Source of the DNA: Pirellulales bacterium
GTDB lineage: Bacteria > Planctomycetota > Planctomycetia > Pirellulales > JAICIG01
Length of the DNA: 64,000 bases
Assembly: GCA_035533075.1 (NCBI GenBank)
Contig: DATLUO010000255.1
Coordinates: 7,673 to 71,672 of the forward strand
Reading direction: 5' to 3'
Shown in pieces: positions 58,523 to 64,000 of the stretch. Numbering within the stretch: position 1 is the stretch's first letter; every line of letters begins with the position of its first letter. Below the pieces are notes generated by a model. That model ran no database searches, was not told the origin of the DNA, and was given only the letters and a program-made list of their open reading frames with translations. A program made the translations under genes and the position numbers.

Positions 58523-59500
58523 CTACGGCTTACGGATCAGCAGGTAGAGCGTGGGCTGCAGGAAGCCGCGATGGAGATCCGCGCAGAGCTCGGCGAGAAA
58601 GCGCTCGAACCGGCAGTCGCGTGACAGCCTCCATTGCAGCCGCAGGGCCAAGTCGCGCTGGCGATAGAAGAGCGGCATGCTGCTGACGACATTCAGATTT
58701 CGTGAAGGTCCCAGTGCCAGATCGAATTCGTGAAAGCTCACTCCCCGGCCCGCCCGACAGAGCGCCAACGGCCGGTTTTCCGCGCCGCCGATTTGTTCTC
58801 GGACGTCGTCACGGGGACTGAAGCGCACATAGTCGGCCGCCAGCTCGTCGGAGAGCCAGAGGAAGAAGTTCAGGTGGGCCGTGTGGTGGTCGTAATACCA
58901 GAGACGGTTAGGCGTCTCGATCACGCCCCACAGCCCGCCGGGCGGCAACATTTGCCAAGTTCGGGCCATCGCCGCCATCCGCTCCGGGTGCGTCATGTGC
59001 TCCAGCGAGGCGAAAAAAAGGATGAAATCGAAGCGCTGTTCCGCGATCGGTCCGCTCAGTTCGGCGGCATTGGCGGCGAAGAACGTCGCCTCGACGCCAT
59101 ACAGGCGGCAGCGCTCTTCGGCGACGCGGATGGCCCGCGGGTCGAGATCGACCGCCGTCACCCGCGCACCTTGCTCGGCGAGCGCGACGGTGGCGCTGCC
59201 CGTGCCGCAGCCGATCTCCAGCACGGCCGCACCATCCAGCGATCGGGCGGCGTCGAGCCACGGAACCACTTGCCGTCGGTTATCGTCGAGCCGGCGAAAG
59301 AGATGGTTTTGCAGGTCTTCATCGTCCGCGGCAGCGCCGCCGACGGCTTCCTGCCGGAATTCGAGCAGCCGTTGCCGGAACTTCTCGGTTGCCTCAAGCG
59401 AAATGTGGCGTAAGCGGCTGTTCAGATGGGCTGGAATTCGGAAACGAGTGAGGTCACGCGCGGCGCGGAGCGATCGAAAAAACCAGCCCTGGCGACTCAA
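58523..59500 (-). CDS. Class I SAM-dependent methyltransferase
   Basis: 325 aa. Motif I VLEIGCGTGSATVALA; post-I acidic VTAVDLD. Confidence 0.85.
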   Translation of the reverse strand: MSRQGWFFRSLRAARDLTRFRIPAHLNSRLRHISLEATEKFRQRLLEFRQEAVGGAAADDEDLQNHLFRRLDDNRRQVVPWLDAARSLDGAAVLEIGCGTGSATVALAEQGARVTAVDLDPRAIRVAEERCRLYGVEATFFAANAAELSGPIAEQRFDFILFFASLEHMTHPERMAAMARTWQMLPPGGLWGVIETPNRLWYYDHHTAHLNFFLWLSDELAADYVRFSPRDDVREQIGGAENRPLALCRAGRGVSFHEFDLALGPSRNLNVVSSMPLFYRQRDLALRLQWRLSRDCRFERFLAELCADLHRGFLQPTLYLLIRKP

Positions 59501-59512
59501 GGTCGGTGAACC

Positions 59513-59872
59513 TCACTGCAGAGCTAGCGCGGCCTTGAGGCAGTCGTCGACTGCTTGCATCGTTGCGGGAGACACTTTTCCAAGTGTGCGAGTGACCCGA
59601 CGCTGGTTCACAGTGAAAAGGTTCTCACATGTAATCGCTGAGACCATCGCAAGGCCGGTTGTCTGACCGTCAGCGGTCTTGGGGTCGATGAGGAGTTGTG
59701 TCGGTTCTGACGCCGCTTTGTGCGTGCGGCGCGTGATCATCGCGACCACAGTATTGGCAATGCGCCCGTTGTTATGATCCGACTGCACGACCACCGCTGG
59801 GCGAATCTTCGAACCGGTACCATTGGCAAAGGGAAAATCGACAAGCACAACATCTCCCCGTTGAACAGTCAT
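59513..59872 (-). CDS. mazF: MazF/PemK-family endoribonuclease toxin
   Basis: 119 aa. RGDVVLVDFPFANGTGSKIRPAVVVQSD pattern. It has a 4-bp overlap with the upstream antitoxin. Confidence 0.85.
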   Translation of the reverse strand: MTVQRGDVVLVDFPFANGTGSKIRPAVVVQSDHNNGRIANTVVAMITRRTHKAASEPTQLLIDPKTADGQTTGLAMVSAITCENLFTVNQRRVTRTLGKVSPATMQAVDDCLKAALALQ

Positions 59873-60123
59873 TCTTTCGGCTCGCGAAACTGGTTGTAAA
59901 TGTCCATTTCGGGATCATCCCAGCCCTCGCTTCGTGCCACCTCGTCCATCAGGGGGTACGCCTCGGAAATGTCAAAGTCATCGTCGTCCAACAGGGCACG
60001 CACTTTTTCGTACTGTTCTGCGGACAGCAAGACAAATGCCGCACTTGTCTTAGGATCGACAAGGCGAACGGGCGTCTCCAGAGCGGTCACTTCGCTCAAT
60101 TGGTCGATGGAGTATGAGGTCAT
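59869..60123 (-). CDS. Type II antitoxin, partner of MazF
   Basis: 84-aa acidic ORF (..LLSAEQYEKVRALLDDDDFDISEAYPLMDE..), translationally coupled to mazF. Confidence 0.7.
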   Translation of the reverse strand: MTSYSIDQLSEVTALETPVRLVDPKTSAAFVLLSAEQYEKVRALLDDDDFDISEAYPLMDEVARSEGWDDPEMDIYNQFREPKE

Positions 60124-60195
60124 AAGCTTTACTCGCTGCGCACCGTTGCAACGCCGTTAAATTACCCTGATTCGGTCAGAGAGAATCGTCTTTCA

Positions 60196-61710
60196 TCATA
60201 TCTTCTCGATCAGCTCCAGACAAATCTCGCGCACGCGGCCGGGATTGACGTTCGGGTTCTTTTTCTTGGCCTGGCCGACGAAGGCGCCTGCCGCCTGCAG
60301 CTTGCCGGCCTTCACGTCGGCCACCAGCTTGGGATTTGCCGCCACCAACTCACGACATAATTCAACGAGCGTTCCGTCGTCAACAGCTTCGATGCCTTGG
60401 CTCTTGATAAGTTCGACGATCGCCTGCCCCGACAGCACGGCCCCACCTTTTGCCGCTGCTTCCACACCCATGGCCAAAACCTCGCGAGCTCGACTCGTAT
60501 TCAATTCTCCGGCAGCCACTTTTTTAATCAGTTCGGCTAGCCCCGCGGGTTGAGCGATGCGTTGTCGGTACTCTTCGAGACCGATGTTGCGGTCTTTAAG
60601 TTCGCGCAGCACATCTTGCGTCACCCAGTTGGCCGCCAGCTTGCCGTCGCCGCACAATTCGGCCAACTCCAGATAATACTCGACCAGCGGCCGGCCCTTG
60701 TTCACGATCACGTCGCTGTCGTAGGGCGTGATGTTATACGTCAGCTCCAGCCGGTGCCGCAGGTCGGCGGGCAACTCACCCAGACCCTCGCGCACCGCCT
60801 CAATCTGCTCCTCAGTCACCGTCACGGGCACCAAGTCGGGGTCGGGAAAGTAGCGATAATCGCTCGATTCTTCCTTGTGCCGCTGAGCGCGGGTGATGTT
60901 TTCCACGTCGTCCCAACCGCGGGTCTGCTTCGGCACTTGCCCCAATCGCTGGCCCGTCTGCTGAAACACCTCATACTGCCGCTCGGCCTCGTAGGCCAAC
61001 GCCCGCTCCACCGCCCGAAAGCTGTTCATGTTCTTGACTTCGACGATCGGCGTGGGGATGCGGTGACCGTCGGGCTGATGTACGTGAAGGTTCACGTTGG
61101 CGTCGACGCGCAGGCTCCCCTCCTGCATGTTGCAGTCGCTCACGCCCAGATAGGTGAGCAGCAGTTTCAGCTCGTCGAGATAGGCGGCGGCCTCCAGCGG
61201 CGACCGCATGTCGGGCTGCGACACGATTTCCAACAGCGGCGTGCCCGCCCGGTTCAGGTCGATCTTGCTGTCGGCCTCGCCCGACTTCTCGTCGTGCATG
61301 CTCTTGCCGGCGTCTTCTTCGAGGTGGGCGCGGATGATGCCCACGCGTTTTCGCTCGAAGCGGCACTTGGAATCGCCGATCTCCAGATATCCATCGGAGC
61401 TGAAGGGCAGATCGTATTGGCTGATCTGATAGCCCTTCGGCAGATCGGGATAGTAATACTGCTTGCGGTCCCACTTGGTGTACTTGGCGATCTGGCAGTT
61501 CAGCGCCACGGCCGTGCGCAGGCCCAGCTCGAAGGCCCGGCGGTTCATCACGGGCAGCGTGCCCGGCATGCCGGTGCAGACGGGACAGGTCTGCGTATTG
61601 GCCGGCGCCCCGAAGCGCGTGCTGCACCCGCAGAACAGCTTGCTCTGGGTGAGAAGCTGCACGTGGACTTCAAGGCCGATGATGGTGGTGTAGGGCTGGG
61701 ATTGGCTCAC
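60196..61710 (-). CDS. gatB: Asp-tRNA(Asn)/Glu-tRNA(Gln) amidotransferase subunit B
   Basis: 504 aa. TIIGLEVHVQL, ..DLNRAGTPLLEIVSQPD.., and a C-terminal GatB/YqeY domain. Confidence 0.96.
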   Translation of the reverse strand: MSQSQPYTTIIGLEVHVQLLTQSKLFCGCSTRFGAPANTQTCPVCTGMPGTLPVMNRRAFELGLRTAVALNCQIAKYTKWDRKQYYYPDLPKGYQISQYDLPFSSDGYLEIGDSKCRFERKRVGIIRAHLEEDAGKSMHDEKSGEADSKIDLNRAGTPLLEIVSQPDMRSPLEAAAYLDELKLLLTYLGVSDCNMQEGSLRVDANVNLHVHQPDGHRIPTPIVEVKNMNSFRAVERALAYEAERQYEVFQQTGQRLGQVPKQTRGWDDVENITRAQRHKEESSDYRYFPDPDLVPVTVTEEQIEAVREGLGELPADLRHRLELTYNITPYDSDVIVNKGRPLVEYYLELAELCGDGKLAANWVTQDVLRELKDRNIGLEEYRQRIAQPAGLAELIKKVAAGELNTSRAREVLAMGVEAAAKGGAVLSGQAIVELIKSQGIEAVDDGTLVELCRELVAANPKLVADVKAGKLQAAGAFVGQAKKKNPNVNPGRVREICLELIEKI

Positions 61711-61722
61711 TGGATAAGTCCC

Positions 61723-61816
61723 GGTAGACGGTAGACGGTAGACGGTAGACGGGGCACCGCAGTTCGATCCAATGCTTCGCGACCCCCGTCTACCGTCTAC
61801 TGTCTACCGTCTACCT
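61723..61816. repeat. Heptamer (GGTAGAC/GTCTACC) inverted arms in the gatA-gatB spacer
   Basis: ggtagacggtagacggtagacggtagacgggg (61723-61754), 30-nt loop, ccccgtctaccgtctactgtctaccgtctacc (61785-61816). Confidence 0.9.
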
Positions 61817-61839
61817 TTTATTCGCTCCGGGTTGACCAT

Positions 61840-63393
61840 CTAATCTTTATCATTGAGCGCGGGCCTGCGTGTGTGCCACTCCGTCGCCTGCTGATACATG
61901 TGACACGCCCGCAACAGGCGTACTTCTTCGAACGGCGGCCCTTGCAACTGCAGGCCGATCGGCAGGCCGCCGGCGCTGAAGCCGCAGGGAAAGGCGATGC
62001 CGCCGATGCCCGCCAGGTTCGCGGTCACCGTGTAGAGATCGACCAGGTACATCGACAACGGGTCGTTCACCTTTTCGCCGATCTTGAAAGCGGGACTGGT
62101 GGTGACCGGGCCGACAATCAGGTCGACTTCCTGGAAGGCGCGGTCGAAATCCTGGCGGATCAGCCGCCGGACCTTGAGGGCCTTGAGATAAAACTTGTCG
62201 GCGTAGCCCGCGCTCAGCGCGTAGGTGCCCAGGATGATGCGGCGTTTGACCTCGGCGCCAAACCCTTCGGCCCGGCTGCGGCGATAGAGCCGGACCAGCG
62301 GCGTGTCCATGTCGTCGAGTCCACGCTGGTCGCCGGCGGCTTGCAGTCGGCCTCGCTCCGCAGCCATTTCGGCCTGCATGGCCTTTTCGTCAGTGCGATA
62401 GCCGTAGTGGACGCCGTCGTAGCGGGCCAGATTGCTCGAGGCTTCGCTGGGAGCGATGATGTAGTAGGCGGCCACGCCATATTTGCTGTGCGGCAGCGAA
62501 ATCTCTTTCACCTTCGCTCCCAGCGACTGATAGACCTTCACCGCCTCGCGCACCGCCGCCTCGACTTCGCTCTCCAGCCCTTCGCCGAAATGCTCGCGCA
62601 CCAGGCCCAGCGTCAGCCCCGTGAGCGGCTGCGTGACAGTCTGGCTGTAGGCCGGCACGGGCCGATCGACGGAGGTCGAATCATAGGGGTCGTGGCCGGC
62701 GATCACTTCCAGCAAGAGGGCCGCGTCCTGGGCCGTGCGGGCCAAGGGGCCGATCTGGTCGAGGCTGCTGGCGAACGCCACCAGGCCGAACCGACTCACG
62801 CGCCCGTAGGTCGGCTTCATTCCCGTCACGCCGCAGAGTGCCGCGGGTTGCCGGATGGAGCCGCCGGTATCCGTGCCGATCGACAAGGGCGCCATGGACG
62901 CGGCCACACAGGCCGCCGCGCCCCCGCTGGATCCGCCCGGAGTGCGCTGTGGATCCCAGGGATTGCGGGTCATCTGGAAGGCCGAGTTCTCCGTCGAGCC
63001 GCCCATGGCGAACTCGTCGAGGTTCGTGCGGCCGATCAGCACCGCATCGGCCGCCTTCAACTTGGCGACCGCCGTGGCGTCGTAGGGGGCCACGAAGTTC
63101 TCCAAGATGCGCGAGGCGCAAGTTGTCTTCTCGCCGCGGCTGCACAGCAAATCTTTCACGGCCACGGGCAAGCCGGCCAAGCGGCCCAGCCGTTCGCCGT
63201 TGCGTCGCCGCTGGTCGATATGTCGGGCCTGTTCGAGAGCCGCGATGGAATTGAACCGCAGGAAGGCGCCCACCATTTTGTCGTGGGCTTCGATGCGGTC
63301 CACGAACGCTTGCGTGGCCTCGGCCGAAGTGACGCGGCCCGCCGTAAGTTCGGCCAGCAGTTCCGTGGCGGTGAGTTCGGTCAGGTTCGACAT
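61840..63393 (-). CDS. gatA: Asp-tRNA(Asn)/Glu-tRNA(Gln) amidotransferase subunit A
   Basis: 517 aa. Amidase signature GGSSGGAAACVAA..GTDTGGSIRQPA. Confidence 0.96.
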   Translation of the reverse strand: MSNLTELTATELLAELTAGRVTSAEATQAFVDRIEAHDKMVGAFLRFNSIAALEQARHIDQRRRNGERLGRLAGLPVAVKDLLCSRGEKTTCASRILENFVAPYDATAVAKLKAADAVLIGRTNLDEFAMGGSTENSAFQMTRNPWDPQRTPGGSSGGAAACVAASMAPLSIGTDTGGSIRQPAALCGVTGMKPTYGRVSRFGLVAFASSLDQIGPLARTAQDAALLLEVIAGHDPYDSTSVDRPVPAYSQTVTQPLTGLTLGLVREHFGEGLESEVEAAVREAVKVYQSLGAKVKEISLPHSKYGVAAYYIIAPSEASSNLARYDGVHYGYRTDEKAMQAEMAAERGRLQAAGDQRGLDDMDTPLVRLYRRSRAEGFGAEVKRRIILGTYALSAGYADKFYLKALKVRRLIRQDFDRAFQEVDLIVGPVTTSPAFKIGEKVNDPLSMYLVDLYTVTANLAGIGGIAFPCGFSAGGLPIGLQLQGPPFEEVRLLRACHMYQQATEWHTRRPALNDKD

Positions 63394-63410
63394 GCGCGGG
63401 GCTGGTCCTT

Positions 63411-63701
63411 CTATTCCCCCAGCACGGCCGGCACCAAATAAAACTCGCCATCGGTGTGCGGGGCGCGGGCCAACATGGTCAACCGCTCATAACTGGGGCG
63501 CACTTCGTCGGGCCGGAACACGTTGGCGATTTCGACGGCGTGGGCCATCGGTTCCACGTCTTCGGTATCCAGCTCGGCCAGCAAGTCCATGTAGCCGAGC
63601 ACCTGGCCGAGTTGCTCGGTCATGGCGGTCAGCTCGGCCTCGGTAAGCTGCAGCCGGGCCAGAAGCGAGACCCTTTCGACTTCGGCGCGCGACAGGCTCA
63701 T
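63411..63701 (-). CDS. gatC: Asp-tRNA(Asn)/Glu-tRNA(Gln) amidotransferase subunit C
   Basis: 96 aa: MSLSRAEVERVSLLARLQLTEAELTAMTEQL.. Correct operon position. Confidence 0.9.
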   Translation of the reverse strand: MSLSRAEVERVSLLARLQLTEAELTAMTEQLGQVLGYMDLLAELDTEDVEPMAHAVEIANVFRPDEVRPSYERLTMLARAPHTDGEFYLVPAVLGE

Positions 63702-64000
63702 GATTTGGCAGCGGCCTTCTTACCCTTCGACGGCGTTTTGGCGGCTTTCTTCTCGGTCTTGCCGGCTTTGGCGGCGTCGGTCGGCAGCTTGAAGGGAGCC
63801 GCCCGGACCAGCTTCACGACCGAGCCGCTGCGGATGCACTGGGTGCAGACCCGCATCGACTTGTTCGTGCCGCCCACGGTGACGCGGATGCGCTGCAAGT
63901 TGGGCTTGAATTCTCGGCGGCTGATGCCGGTGATCTTGGTGCCGACGCCGCCGAGATACTTGGCCTTGCCGCGGGTGGTGATCGAATTGCCTCTTTGCGG
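63698..64000 (-). CDS. rpmB: 50S ribosomal protein L28 with a Lys/Ala-rich C-terminal tail; N-terminus lies beyond the right window edge
   Basis: Manual minus-strand translation to the window end: ..RGNSITTRGKAKYLGGVGTKITGISRREFKPNLQRIRVTVGGTNKSMRVCTQCIRSG.. This fits the L28 pattern (..PNLQ..). It overlaps gatC by 4 bp. Confidence 0.8.
   Translation of the reverse strand, partial: PQRGNSITTRGKAKYLGGVGTKITGISRREFKPNLQRIRVTVGGTNKSMRVCTQCIRSGSVVKLVRAAPFKLPTDAAKAGKTEKKAAKTPSKGKKAAAKS

Noticed and set aside
61751-61790. tRNA-like T-arm sequence (gcagttcgatccaatgc) in the gatA-gatB spacer
   Set aside because: No acceptor stem, D-arm or anticodon arm can be drawn around it. It is simply the loop between the two heptamer arms.

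Overview
High-GC bacterial chromosome segment. The gene content points to Planctomycetota: DUF1501 and DUF1549/DUF1553 proteins, a PVC-type CxxCH heme-binding dehydrogenase, a 'DPYHKWLGIPP' J-like protein, and secreted proteins with '..LExRxMLS' N-termini and DUF4214 tails. About 13.7-64 kb is mostly housekeeping: a parvulin PPIase, mfd, cpaF-tadB-tadC, larE, a complete F1Fo ATP synthase operon (atpZ/I-B-E-F-H-A-[DUF4870]-G-D-C), an esterase, beta-carbonic anhydrase, cobL, hldE, S1/P1 nuclease, and rpmB-gatCAB. Toxin-antitoxin cassettes are scattered through it: VapBC-like, MazEF-like, and a frameshifted HigB with HigA. The left ~13.7 kb is a decayed accessory island. It holds an intact-looking IS630 element, XRE genes (one frameshifted), a second VapBC, a truncated GTPase, a remnant of a type ISP restriction enzyme, an NYN-like gene, a J-like/coiled-coil pair, and an uncharacterised two-gene membrane module. 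The non-coding DNA is unusual. It contains a 205/210-bp tandem repeat with nested perfect palindromes, a duplicated 143-nt element, small hairpins with compensatory stem changes, a ~40-bp REP-like palindrome family, and many period-7 (heptamer) arrays. Some heptamer arrays directly abut start codons in the atp operon and some form long inverted arms. All functional calls come from motif recognition by eye; no searches were run.
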